NCBI RefSeq assembly: GCF_964194155.1
Contig: NC_135889.1
Span: forward strand, 65,782,001 to 65,846,000
Source of the DNA: Cetorhinus maximus
Lineage: Eukaryota
Direction: 5' to 3'
DNA length: 64,000 nt
Position 1 is the first letter of the stretch. Every line of letters begins with the position of its first letter. Of this stretch, positions 1-12,773 are shown piece after piece. Below the pieces are notes generated by a model. That model was not told the DNA's origin, made no database searches, and was given only the letters and a program-made list of their open reading frames with translations. Position numbers and translations under genes: made by a program.

Positions 1-699
1 TTATCATCACTGAAACCCCACCATCAACATTCTGTGGGTTACTGTTGTTCAGAAACTTAATCAGACTAGCTGTATAAATGCTGTGGCTTCAAGAAGGTTT
101 GAGGCTGGGAATTCTGCGGCGAGTAACTCACTTCCTAAATCCCCAGAGTCTGTCTACCATCTACAAGGCACAAATCAGAAAAGTGATGGAATACTGGCTA
201 CTTGCCTGGATGAGTGCAGCTCTAACAACACTCAAGAAGCTCAACACCATCCAGACCAAAGCAGCCTTCTTGATCAGCGCCTCATCCACAACCTTAAACA
301 GTCACTTACACCACTGCGGGCGCATAGTGGTCGCAGTGTGTACTATCCACAAGATGCACTGCAGTACCTCGCCAAGCCTTCTTCAGCACCACCTTCCAAA
401 CCCATGACATCTACCACCTAGCAGGACAAGGGCAGCAGATTCATGGGAACACTGCCACCTGCAAGTTCCTCTCCAAGTCGCACACCATCCTGACTTGGAA
501 CTATATTGTTGTTCTTTTTCCGCCACTAGATAAAAATGCTGGGGATCCCTTCCTGACAGCACTATGGGTCTACGTACACCAGATGGACTGCAGCAGTTCA
601 TGAAGGTGGCTCACCACCACCTGAACGGCAATTAGGGATTGATAATAAATGCTAGCCTTGCAAACGGTGCTCCCATCCCATGAATAAATTTTTAAAAAA
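1..699 (+). mobile_element. 3' portion of a CR1-clade non-LTR retrotransposon (ORF2 C-terminus plus 3' tail), runs off window start
   Basis: ORF 78-407 (LGILRRVTHFLNPQSLSTIYKAQIRKVMEY...LLQHHLPNP) matches the minus-strand copy at 51983-52201 (MMEHSPLAWMSATPTTLKKFDTIQDKAS...LLRQHLPNP). It ends in cccatcccatgaataaatttttaaaaaaa. Confidence 0.85.
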
Positions 700-955
700 A
701 TGTTAGTGTGTCAGCACATGTCTGCTGCAGCACTCTGTCACTTTATTGGAAACTGCTTTCTGTTTCAGCCATTATTTAAAAAGATTCAATTTTTCCTTTT
801 AAAATATCCATGTGACAAAACCCATTCTCTGAATATCATAATCACAGAATGGTTACAGATCATAAATTCAGCTGCACTGACACTGTGCTGCACACACACC
901 CTTTTCCAAATTAGAGTATATAAAATATGAAGTAATTATCATGTTTTTCTTCTAG

Positions 956-1281
956 GTTTTTCATCAGCTGCTCAGCTGCCGCCACTAACTCTTCCTGGAC
1001 TGCCCCCTCTAACAATGCCCACTATGCTTCCCTCACAATCATCCTTGATTACTGAGGCTAAGGCTGGTCTAACTGAAACAGTTTCAGCCATCTCTCCAGG
1101 AGGAGGTGGTTTTCATGTTTCTGCCTCTGCACCGCCTGCTGAACAAACCCCTGCCCTCATCTTGGATACTGCAACTGTTTCCATGACAACTGCTGGCATC
1201 CAGGCAACTGCATCACCTAATGCAAATAATGAAGAACCATCTTCCATTTCCACAGACGCACAAGCTTTTTCTGAGTCTTAA
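956..1281 (+). CDS. GORASP2: Terminal coding exon of Golgi reassembly-stacking protein 2 (GRASP55), Ser/Pro-rich C-terminal tail
   Basis: Polypyrimidine tract and AG acceptor (atgtttttcttctag, AG at 954-955), phase 1. The frame reads GFSSAAQLPPLTLPGLPPLTMPTMLPSQ...EEPSSISTDAQAFSES-stop (TAA 1279-1281). This resembles, from memory, the mammalian GRASP55 last exon (GLPPLPSMPP.NLPGIAPLP...EKPVSAAVDANASESP). A unique AT-rich 3' UTR follows. Low-complexity sequence limits certainty. Confidence 0.75.
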
Positions 1282-2289
1282 CTGTAGACCTTTTCAAAGC
1301 AGGAGTTGATTAATGTATTTATTCAGCTGCAGAATGTTCTGAAATTAAAACATTGTGAAAGATAGACTGGCATGATCACATTTCAAGGAGCGTTAAAACA
1401 TTGTACATAATTGTAAGGATGAGGTAAATACATACCTTTAATATGGTTAGACAGTTTACCACATTGTTAAGCAATGGGATTACTTTTGATGTAAATGGAA
1501 AATAAATTATTTTATCAAGTACAGATTCAATTACCTCTCTTTTCCCACTCCCCCTCTTCAGCTGAGGTTTGTATCTGGTACAGCATGTGTGCTGTTCAAT
1601 TACATATTTGTTGGATCTATAGGCGATATCTTGGTTGTAAACTTTTCTAACTTGTACAATTTGCAGATCACTAGGTCAGTACTTAACTGTATCATTAAAA
1701 AACAACTCTGATTTTAATGACAATTGAAAGGGAATAATGTAGGAGAAAATTTATGTTCAGCTGAAATCCAGTAGGTGTCACTGTGAACATAACAGAATAT
1801 ATTTGAAAGAGATGATTTAGCAATAAATTCTACTGGAAAGCTTGTCCTAATTCATTTAATTTCAAATTCTGCTGGTATTTTTCAGTATAGAAGGAAAGTT
1901 CTATTTTTAAAAAAGCTACCTTGTCAACTGGTGTGCCAAAATCTAATGTTGCTTTTGTGTATATAACCTGGAAATCCTGTAATTTTGTCAGGATTTCAAA
2001 TCAGTGATAGAAATTCTTGAATGTAAAGCACTAATAGATTCAGCATTTGAATAAATGTAATCATGTGAAATGTTTTAAACATAAGTGTGATGCCATTTAA
2101 GATGCTGATAAAAGCATTGAGTAGCTCAGTCCCCTTGAAGAAATAAGGGTCTCACATTAGAGTTGAAAAAGAATGAGGCAAGAACATATTATTGAGGGGC
2201 TTTTCATGTAAGACAGTGATCAAAAAACTCCTTTCAAATGTTATGGAAACAGGCTATTGGGCTGGTGTAGTACTGTGTGGTAAAATAAA
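1282..2289 (+). other. Putative GORASP2 3' UTR with candidate polyadenylation signals
   Basis: Repeat-free AT-rich sequence after the stop. AATAAA at 1501, 1822, 2050 and 2284 (another at 2772). The true cleavage site cannot be determined from sequence. Confidence 0.55.
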
Positions 2290-3989
2290 ATGTCTCAGCC
2301 ACTAATCCTAAGTAATTTTCAAGCCAAGCTGTTCTGTTTTATCTCAAGCTATTTGTTCTGGCTAAGCTTTAACAAACCTATGAGTATGATGAAAAATTTG
2401 AGGAAATTTTGGGAGAAGTAGGCTTATTTGTATCAGAGAAGCAGGGCTTTAAGGTGAGTGGATCAGATAGTTAACTTCTGAATTGTAAATCCTAGTATCT
2501 CTTGCCTGCCATGAGTTGTTGAATGTGTGTGTGTGTGAGTGCCAACTAAGGCCAGGAACTAATTAAATTATGCTATTATCTAGGCTGAAGGAAGCAGAGC
2601 ATTTTTAGAAATAGATGCAGAAAAACTTTTAATGTTTTGATTGAAATAGGTTGGAGTAGAAAACATAGACACTGGAGAAGGTAGGGTAACAGCTGAAGAG
2701 TATTTTAAGGAAATGAGTGGAATGCATTGGTCAAGATCATGATGTGGATTGAAAAATGTGTTATAATATGAAATAAAAATCTAGTTACTGGTTTAAGGAA
2801 CAAAATTGTAATTTTGCTAGTGTCCCATTCCAAATAAGGCTTGATGTTTCTCTTTATTTGCGCTACATGACATGAGTATTCTTATTTAAATTTAGTGTTC
2901 TACTGCAAACTGTAAAAACTTCTTACAAAATGAAACATATAATTCTGTGGATAAACATTTGTCTGATAATTTGTCCACATGTAAAGACATTTAAAAGAAC
3001 AATTTGTATTTATAAAATAGTAATAGAACCTATACTGAAACAACTCTGTATTTATATATACTGTGGGTACAGTTTCAACACAGTATCTGCTTTGAGTTTG
3101 ATGTAAACTAACAGCATCAAGTAATATTAATGACTGCATCTTTCTCAAACTAGAGAAAACCCAACTTCAGCCCATGGAGCACTTCAAGTGTTCCAAGTGC
3201 CCAAGAGGTGTCTGAGTGCCAGCGAAATTTGTGTCCGTTGTTTTTATGGCTCCATTTGAATTGTATAAAATTGAACTACAGAAATGTTTTTTTTCCTTGT
3301 TTGATCTTAATTCATTGCAGGTGTCAATGTATTTGTTTAAAATGTAAAATTTCATTACTTGGGTGGGTCAACTGTCTACCTGAAACCTTAGAATGAATTA
3401 ACGTTACACATTTAAATGCATGGCGCTATCTAAATCAACATATAAAATATTAAAGTTAGTCTGTTAGAATTTATTTAGTGATCACCTGTGGATATTTCTG
3501 ATTAAATAACAGTTGTTATAGATTTTCTTTTAGGATAAGTGCCCAATGACTGGTAGCAGGACTATCTTGAGAATTTTTCTCGAGCTCAGCTGGGTTTGAA
3601 CTTTCTTGCAAACCATTCGTAAGCAAATAATTTAAATTTCTTGGGTGTACTGTTGTAGGCAATGCCATTCTTTTATGTCGTTTACAGTTAGATTTTTAAA
3701 TTGTTCTAAATTTTAACTACTTCATACACAGTAAATATGTACAAAATTGACTTTTTTATAAAAATAATTTAGTCCAGCACCACATTACTTAACCCCAACT
3801 GTTATCTTATAAAGACATTTCATAATTGGGGCATTTTTTGTGCTTAACTGTTTCTGCTGCAAATTACATTATTCGGACAATTGAATGGTGTTATAATTTG
3901 AGTGTTCAAAAAGTGTCTTTTACATGACAAACGCATTTCTGTTTTTGTAGCTTTTGGTATGAGGAAATGTGTCCCAGATCACCATCCTC

Positions 3990-4215
3990 CATATTTTATG
4001 CCCCCTTTGGCTCTGAAGGAATTTCTGAAAAGTAATGTATTGAATCTACCGCCATTGTCATCAGAGGCAAGGAAATCCTCTCCTTTGGATCTCCTTATAA
4101 CTTCCTTCAGATTAAGGTTTTGGCCATTTCTCCAAATATCTCCTTTTGTTTTGGCCTCCGATAAAGCCTCTTGGGATGTTTTTGTGCTAAAGTTGCTATA
4201 TATAAACGAGAGCTT
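3990..4215 (+). mobile_element. Decayed L2-clade LINE 3' end
   Basis: cttgggatgtttttgtgctaaagttgctatatataaacgagagc resembles the L2 tail also seen at 20985-21030 and, on the minus strand, at 59930-60070. Confidence 0.6.
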
Positions 4216-4529
4216 CATCAACTGTTTCCTGAAACACTATTGGCAGTCAAGGTAAATGGCAACTGTATGCAAGTATGTGTCAGATACAGTACCCATGCTT
4301 TTAACTAGTTCAACTAGGTTCTTCAGTGAAGAGTAAAATGGGACAAGATGTAAAACACATTCAACCAGAACCTGTGCCATTCCTGCAGGGTGGGTTAAAT
4401 TAAAATCAGGGCTGATAACTTGATTCTAGGCACATGCACAGCAATCCCCACAATTTGGCAGTACAGCTTTGCTGGTACAACCAGCACCAGACCATTTTGG
4501 GATGGAGGTATGCATTTCATCTTGGTTAG

Positions 4530-4720
4530 ATCAATGGAAATTTTGCTTCATATCCTTTGATACCTTTACTTAGCAAAAATCTATCTCAGTCTTGCAAGCT
4601 TCAATTATCCCAATTTTCAAAAGCTTATGAGGGAGATGGTTCCAAATGTGTTCCCATCAAGTAGTGCCCTCATCAAAATACCAAAGTTATGATAACATTT
4701 TGCTCTTGGGGACATCCTAA
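4530..4720 (-). mobile_element. Old CR1 3' fragment
   Basis: ttcatatcctttgatacc...aaaaatctatctcagtcttg is the reverse complement of the CR1 3' region seen at 27150-27200. Confidence 0.45.
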
Positions 4721-5289
4721 ATTCAATTAAAAGTCAAAAGTAACAGGCTGAGCATCTCAATACTTGTTTTAGTAAAAGCTGTGGGGTTTCTCACTAAATT
4801 CGCAGGATACACTGCTTTAATAGGTATGGGGTACTCTGCCATGTACTGCATGATCTCATATTCAAGCAGCTTAGGTGGATCTATATTTAATTGGCATTTC
4901 TCGAGACCACAAGGTTTAATCCAGGAGAGGAATTCAGCTGGGGTGGCAATGAAAGGAAATGTAAAAAGGGTGGTCATTATAAACTCGGGTGTGCTGTAAA
5001 TACCCTTTTTGGATTCGGTGGCGTCAGGCACTTTTAAGTTGTCTGACCATCTATTCTTTACACAAGCGTTATTTATGAAATGCACCTCAAGAACTAAAGA
5101 TCATATCCTTTTGTGACTTGAATAAAATATTTGTGTCTTTTGCAGCTGTGCTACTTCAAGAACTCTCACAAGGGTCAGAATATCAAATATGCAATTTGTT
5201 TATTCCATAGTAACATGTTAGCAGACCCTAGTAAACAGAATAGCGGTTAAGATTGAATCACCTAATTCAATCAACAACTTAATATTTGC

Positions 5290-5535
5290 AAAAGAAAGAA
5301 AAAGTTTGCACTTTCATGACCTCAGGACATCCAAAAGTGCTTAACGGCAGAGGAAGTGGTGTCACTGTTGTAATCTAGGGAATGCAGCAGTCAATTTGTG
5401 CACAGTAAGCTCCCGCACCATATTTCTTTTTAGTGATGTTGATTGGGGGATAGATATTGGTGAGGGCATCTTGGAGAGCTCTCCAGCCCTTTGATATAGT
5501 GCCATCGGATCTTTTGCATCTAGCTGGGCATAATG
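5290..5535 (-). mobile_element. Deu-domain SINE fragment (SacSINE1/AmnSINE1-like)
   Basis: gcagtcaatttgtgcacagtaagctccc...gatgttgattgggggatagatattgg...atagtgccatcggatctttt, shared with the two copies downstream. Confidence 0.6.
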
Positions 5536-5744
5536 AAGAAAATTGCATGCTTCCCCACGTCAATTCCTAATGGAACATAAGCTACTGTTCATAAAAATAA
5601 ACAAGATTTTATGGAGTGTATACTTTTGGGTGCATAAATTCAAGTTGGTTTTGGATTTTTCCACTTTTAATATACAAAATGTAATAGACCCTAGGGTATG
5701 GCAAGAAAAAAGAATGGATTTGCATCAGAAATGTCTTGAATCAC

Positions 5745-6120
5745 TTCATGTGCAATACTTTACTTTGAGATGCAGTCTTTGCTTTATTAACAAAGCCAGC
5801 AGCCATTTTCCACAAGATGTACAAACAGCAATGAGCTAAATGACTAATCTGTTTTTGATGGTAAAAAGAATATTGGCAAAGGTTGCTACAATAATATCTT
5901 CCTCTTATTACCGTGGAATCTTTAATGTTCAATTAAATCACCAGCACATGTAGTTGGGGCTTCAGTTTAATGTCTCATTATAAGAGGCACCTCTAGTATG
6001 GTACTAAAGAGATGCTGCATTGTAAATATGTTGGCCTGGAGTATGTGCTCAAGTCCTGCAATAAGGCTTTAACTTCTAAACATCTGATTCCAACAGTGTG
6101 GTGAACTCAGTCAACACCCT
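5745..6120 (-). mobile_element. Deu-domain SINE, decayed
   Basis: cagcagccattttccacaag...aacagcaatgag...atgactaatctgttttt...ggggcttcagtttaatgtctcat...gagtatgtgctcaagtcctg. Confidence 0.55.
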
Positions 6121-6869
6121 GGGAAAGCAGGTCCAAAAAGATCTATTTTTTAGACAAGTGCCATGTGCTGTAGTTGGAGATTATTTTCAAACAGTACTTT
6201 TACATGCAGTTTTGATAAAGGGTCTCTTATTTTCTTCCCCTCTCTCGATGTTAAGGTGCTTGTTGTGTTTATCTGCACTTTGTTTTGATACCAATTGCAA
6301 AATGGGCAAACGGATCTCTTGTGACACTAGTTCACACTTGGTCAGAGGAGATGCTGTTTTAAAGCAACTAACTTATTCTCTATCCAGGAGAGTCGGAGGT
6401 GCTTGCCCTTACAGTAATTTAAGCTGTAATGTTGTAATGAATACTATACATCTCTGAAAATGTATTGGTAAATGGGTTTTCATGAGGGGGAAAACCTGTT
6501 CTTTTGCATATATTAGACCTGTGGGATTGCAAAATCTCTTAAGAGTTTGGGTGCTGGGGATGGGGGTTGGGGGCAGGAATGGATAAAATGTGGGTTGGGT
6601 CTTGAGGTCAGTGTCAGGAGGCTTTCAAATGTGTTAATTTGTTGGACGTGGATTGTGAGTCATAGAGGGTATGGAAGGTTGAACCAGGAATCCAAAATGT
6701 TGAGAGGTACAATAGAGTGTGAAGGAAGAAAGTGAATTGTGAAACATATTTATGCAAATTTATTTTACATGTGATCAGGAACTATCATAAATGCTGCAAG
6801 ATTTTACCGAAATGTGATTTTTTTTTTATATGGGATGTAATTAGAAAGAGTTAATAGAAATTTGGGAAG

Positions 6870-7240
6870 AAATGTAGCACCTCATCTCATTTTCAGGATG
6901 CTTCAAAGCATTTCGTAACCAATAAATGCATTCACTGTTCTTGTGTTGGCAAATAAGCAGCAAGGTCCTACAAATAACAGATTGGCTCATTATTCATTTC
7001 ATTTGTTAAGAGCTCGTTATGAGGCATATTCATGATAACACTAGGTGAACTCGGGGTTTTTTTTTGAGTAGTACAATGGGATCCTTGTCCAACTGAAGAT
7101 GTTTTAATTTAATATACCTGAAAGATGGCTTTTCCAACAGTGCTGCTGTGAAGTTTTAGGTTGTGTTTAAGTCCTGATTTGGGACTTGAATCCACAACCT
7201 CTGACTTGCAGGTGTGTGCTACCAACTAAACCAAGCTGCC
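6870..7240 (-). mobile_element. Deu-domain SINE, decayed, with tRNA-like head
   Basis: caaggtcctacaaataacag...gtacaatgggatcctt...gaaagatggc...gggacttgaatccacaacctctgact...gtgctaccaactaaaccaagctg; B-box-like motif on the minus strand. Confidence 0.55.
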
Positions 7241-8559
7241 ACATGAACAATGGCTGCAGAATGATGGAATATAATTTCCAAACAGCTGACAGTCCTAAAA
7301 GTATGCTACTTTATATGACAGGTGTTTTCTGATACTATAGAAAGCTGAAGATTTCCAGTGTTGCTAAACTTGAAATATTATGGAACTTTAATGAATTATA
7401 AAGACTGTTTTGCAAGGAACACTCTACATGTGTGGAGTCTAATTTTCTGTAAAGCAATTGAAGCCATACAAGAATGATAATAACTAGAGTACTTGTAATG
7501 GGAGCTCATAATGATCCCTTGGTTGCACAGATGTTTAGAGAAACAAATAGATGCAGCTGGCTATCTTAATCATAATGTGCTAATGAGATGTGTGCAAAAT
7601 GAACCATTCTTGATGGATCAACTGGATGGAATTGAAACATTAAATTCAGAATTGAAGATTTCTTTGTTTTACTTGGCTTGTATTAAAAAAAAAATCCATG
7701 ACTTTATACAACTTGACCAACAACCTAAATGGAGAGTTTTTCATCCAGCATTTTTTTTTTTGTGAATGTAATATCCTTCGTAATTTTATACTTTATTTTA
7801 GATATATACTTTGATTATTTTAAAAGAAGTATCAAATGTCTCTCAGGAGAACCTGCAAAAACATCAAATGTCCAACGATCAAAATAGTGAGTTGCAACTT
7901 AGTGATTCTATTCTGCCTCTGCTTTTGCACTACAGCAGGGTGGGTGAATTAAAACCATGTGTTGATGAAAAAAATCACAAAATTAACATAATTTTAGGTT
8001 AACTACCCACTGGGGAGTCAATCTGTGCCTAGATCTAAAATATTTACATTATGGACATTACTGAAGCTAAGGTGGGAAACAGCCTGCTATCTTTCAATCA
8101 GAACAGTCTTCAATGCTTCCCCATCCCAACCATCAGCGTGGACTGGATGCTAGAGTTTCCAGAATACTTATGCCTGTGCTTATTGTTACGGTCTCTGTAG
8201 ACACCACTAATGGTTTAAAGAGAAGTTCAAACTTCCAGTTATTAGCTGAAAGAAAGGACAATACAACAAGATTTCACATTTTAAAACATTTTATTTATTT
8301 AATACAGAAAAAAGAACATTAACTAAACACTTTTTCTCGTAGGCAACTTATACTTTAAACAACTGAACAGAATTTGACCCTTTCTACTTTAAATGACAAC
8401 CAAAAACCTCAATTTTGTTACTTTACTCAATCTCTTCAGCAGGCATCCAGTTTTTCTAAAACCAATCCAAAGTGATTTGCAGCATATGGATTTATTTCTG
8501 TTCTTTTCCTATCTTCCACATTGTTTTCCTGGGGATTCTCCTCTCCCTCTTGCTCCAGC

Positions 8560-11500
8560 TTTGAGATAATTCATCACAAACTTCCTTTTGAACGTTTCAA
8601 TTGAACCTGCCTCCACCACATTCTCAGACAGTGTGTTCTAGTTTTTTACTCGTTGCTTTTCCTTCTTTTGCCAATTGCTTTAAATCTGTGCCTTGTTCTC
8701 GATCCTTTCGCAAGTAGGAAGAGCTTCTCCCTGCTGTCCAGAATCCTCATGAATTTGAAAACCTCGAACAAATCTCTCCCTTTTTTCCAAGGAAAACAGT
8801 CCCAACTTCTCCAATCTATCTTCATAACTGAAGTTCCTCATCCCTGGAACCATTCTCATGAGCATTTTCTGCACCCCCTCCAATGTCTTCACATCCTTCC
8901 TAAAGTGCAGTGCGCAGAACCAGATGCAATACTCCTGCTGAGGCTGAACTAGTGTCTTATATAACTTCAACATAACCTCCTCGATCTTGTACAGTATGGC
9001 CCTATTAAAGCCTTTATGCTTTATTAACTTCTCTCAAATTGTCCTGCCACCTTCAATGACTTATGTACATATACACCCAGGTCCCGCTGCTCCTGTACTC
9101 CCTTTAGAGTTGCACCCTTGATTTTATATTGTTTCTCAATATGCTTCCTACCAAAAGGAATCAATTCACATTTCTCCATTTTGAACTTCATGTACCACTT
9201 GTCTACCCATTCCACCAACTTATCTACGTCCTTTTGAAGTTCTACACTAACCTCCTCACAGATCACAATGCTTCAAAGTTTTGTATCATCTGCAAATTTT
9301 GAAATTATTCCCTGTACACCAAGGTCTAGGTTATTAACATACAAAGAGCAAAGGTCCCAACACTGACCCCTGGGGAACTCCACTACAAGCCTTCCTCCAG
9401 TCCGAAAAACATCCATTAACCACTACTCTCTGTTTCCTGTCCCTTTTATTTCATGAGCTATAACTTTGGTCACAGGTCTGTTGTAGGAAATTCCTTTTGG
9501 AAGTTTATGGACACCTCATCAACAACATTGCCTTCATCAACTCCCTCTGTTACCTTATCAAAAAACTCCCAAGTTGGTTAAACATGATTTTCCATTAAGA
9601 AAGCCATTCTGTCATTCCTTAATTAATTCTCATTTGGCCAAGTGACTATTGATTTTTGTCCCTAATTATTGTTTCTAGAAGTTTCCCCACCACTGAATTC
9701 AAACTGGCTGGCCTGTGGTTGCTGGGCTTTTCTTTACATGCTTTTTTGAACAAGGGTGTAACATTTGCAATTCTCCAGTCCTCTGGAACCACCCCTGAGT
9801 CTAAGGAAGTCTGAAAAATTATGGACAGTGCATCCAAAATTTCCACTCTCACTTCCCTCCGTATACTTCATTATTGATCCATATCTGAATTATCATGCTT
9901 CAATTGTATAGAACCTTAGTTAGACTGCATCTGGAGTAGTGTGTGCTGTTTTGGTCCTATTACCTTAGAGGGAGTGCAACGAAGGCTCACCAGACTTGTT
10001 TCTGAGATGGTGGGACTGTCCTACGAAGAGGCATTGGGGAAACTAGGCCTGCATTCTCTGGAGAAGTGCTCTCATTGAAACCTACAAAATATTTAAAAGG
10101 ATAGACCAGGTAGATGCAGTAAGATGTTTCCCCTGGTTGAGGAGCCTAGAACCAGGGGCACGATTTCAAAATAAGGGGAAAGCCACTTAGGACTGAGGTG
10201 GGATTTTTTTTTTTTACTCGGAGGATTGTGAATCTTTGGAGTTCCCTACCCCAGAGGGCTGTGGAAGCTCAGTTATTAGGTATGTTTAAAGCTAAGATTG
10301 ACAGATTTCTAAATACCAATGAGATAAAGGGATATGGGGCTAGTGTGGGGAAAAGGCATTAACGATGATCAGCCATGACTGTGTTGAATGGCAGAGCAGG
10401 CTCGATGGGCCGAATGACCTTCTTGTGCTCCTATGTTCCTTGGATGCATCTCATTCAGTCCTGGTGCCTTATCAACTTTAAGTACAATTATCAATTTTAA
10501 ACCCTTCCAGTGCCTGAATACCTCTTTCACCATGGCCTGGGTAGCATCTTCCTTGGTAAAGACAGATACAAAGTATTCATTTAATACCATGCCCTCTTCC
10601 TCCATGCGTAAATCCCCTTTATGGTCCCTAATGAGCCCTACTCTTTTTACCACCGTTTTACTATTTATATGCCGAATGGAAGACTGGAATTTCTTTCTAT
10701 GTTGGCTCTTTCCATACTCTGCCTTTGCTTCTCTTATTTGCTTTTTCACCTCCGCTCTGAACCTTCCATATTTTCTACCTGACATCTATCATAAGCACAC
10801 TTTTTCTTCTTTATCTTAATTTTTATCCATTGTCATCTAAGGAGCTCTGGATTTGTTTGCCCAGCCTTGCCCCTTTGTAGGAATATACCTCAACTATGCC
10901 CAAATTATCATTTTCTTTGAAGGTAGCCATTGTTCAACAACTGTTTACCCTGCCAACCTTTGACTATCATTTATTTGGCTCAGATCTGTTCTTGCCCCAT
11001 TGATATTGTTTTTCCCTCCAATTAATTATTCTTACTCTGGATTATTCTTTGCCCTTTTCCATAACCAGCCTAAACCAAGATCACTGTTTCCTAAATGTTC
11101 TCCGATTGACACTTGATCCACCTGGCCCACCTCATTTCCAAGAATCAGGTCTAGCAGGGCCTCCTTTCTCATTGAACTGGAGAAATACTACTATAGAAGA
11201 TTTTCCTGAACACAATCTAGGAACTCATTCCCCTCTCTGCCCTTTACACTGCTACTCTGCCAGTCTATATTTGGATAATTAAAGTCCCCTATTATAACTA
11301 CTCCAAAACATTTTGCACCCCTCTGTAATTTCCTTCCAAATTTGTTCCTCTACATCCTTTCCACTAGTTGGTGGCCTATAGACTATACCAAGTAATGAAA
11401 TTGCACCTTTTTTGTTCCTTACCTCTAGTTAAATAGATTCTTTCCTTGACCCATTTGGGTTATCCTCATTCTTCAGCACTACAATGCTCTCCTTAATACA

Positions 11501-12773
11501 GTCATCCATCTCCCTTTTGTTCCTTTCCTGCCTTTCCTGAAAACTGTGTATCCAGGAATATTTAATACCCAGTCCTGCCTTTCTTTAAGCCAGATCACTA
11601 CCATAGCCACATCTTATTTCCATGTGGCAATCTGCATCTGTAACTCACCAGTCTTATTTACCACACTCCACGCATTCATATATATGCACATTAACCCTGA
11701 TTTAAACTTCATTTATTATTTTCTCTCTTACTCTGCCCCCCGCCCATTAGCTTACTATTCCCTATTCTAGTGCTATCCCAGTATTTTGTGCACCTTGGTA
11801 TTCCTTTCTGATATTATCTCCTGGTTCCCACACCCTTGTCAAGCTAATTTAAACCCTCCTTGATAGCACTCAAAAATGCTCCACTAGGAACTCAATCCCG
11901 GCTCTATTTAGGTGCAACCTGTCCGGCTTGTATAGGTCTCATCTCCACCAGAGCTGGTCTAAGTGTCCTAAAAATCTAAAACCCTCTCTCCACCATCCTT
12001 ACAGCCACACATTCATTTGCTTTATCCCGCTATTTCTCTACTAATTTGTGTGTGATACTGGGAGTAATCCAAGGTTATTATTTTTGAGGTCCTGCTTGCT
12101 AATTTCTGGCCTACCTCCATAAATTCTGACTGCAAAACCACATCCCTCTTTCTACCTATGTCGTTCATTTCAGGGAGGACATGACTGCTGGCTGTTCACC
12201 CTCCCTCTTGGGGTACTCTGCAGCCATTCAGTGATATCCTTGACCCTGGCACTAGGAAGGCAGCACACCATCCTGGATTTGCATCTGCAGCCACAGAAAT
12301 GCCTATCTATTTCCCTAACTATTGAACCACCTGTTGCTTTTCTAGTCTTCCTTGTACTCCCCTGTACAGGTGAGTCATTTGTGGTGCCATGGAATTTGCT
12401 CTGGCTGCAGACCCCAAATGAACTATCACTCTCATCAGTTTTCAGAACTGAATAGTGGTTGGAGAGTGGGATGCACATAGGGGGCTCCTGCATTACCTAC
12501 CTGTTCCATTGTCACTGTCTGGTGGTCACCCATTCCCTCTCTCCCCTACTTGTAAGCTGTGGGGTGACCACATCTATAAACGTGTTATCCACAAAGCTCT
12601 CAAGCTTGTGCTTGCACCACAGTGATGCCAGCTGCAGCTCAAGTTCCAAAGGCCAGAGCTGCAGCTGGTGACACTTCCTGCACAAATAGTTATTCAGGAC
12701 ACGGAAAGCATCCTGGAGTCCCCACATAGCACAAGATGTGCACTCTCAACATTGGAGCAGCCCTATCAATTCT
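8560..12773 (-). mobile_element. Near full-length decayed CR1 LINE (ORF2 RT and APE; ORF1 zinc finger plus esterase), split by a Gypsy insertion
   Basis: Fragments LYKTLVQPQQEYCIWF, LQKDVDKLVEW, VPEDWRIANVTPLFKK, LNEYFVSVFTKED. ORF1 motifs CRKCHQLQL, PLSNHYSVL, GSIVREID...VCCLPSARVKD. Many stops and frameshifts. Confidence 0.9.
9870..10438 (+). mobile_element. 5'-truncated CR1 3' end nested in opposite orientation within the larger CR1
   Basis: ttgtatagaaccttagttagactgcatctggagta...gggccgaatgaccttcttgtgctcctatgttcct; the host CR1 resumes on both sides. Confidence 0.8.

Noticed and set aside
3979-4221. 80-aa minus-strand ORF as a host exon
   Set aside because: It is the antisense of an L2 LINE 3' tail
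4723-5085. 120-aa minus-strand ORF and overlapping 72-aa plus-strand ORF
   Set aside because: No recognisable domain or splice context; within chance expectation
8184-8560. LTR beginning tgttacgg, possibly split by the CR1
   Set aside because: LTR-like start, but I found no matching CA end or TSD after 18800
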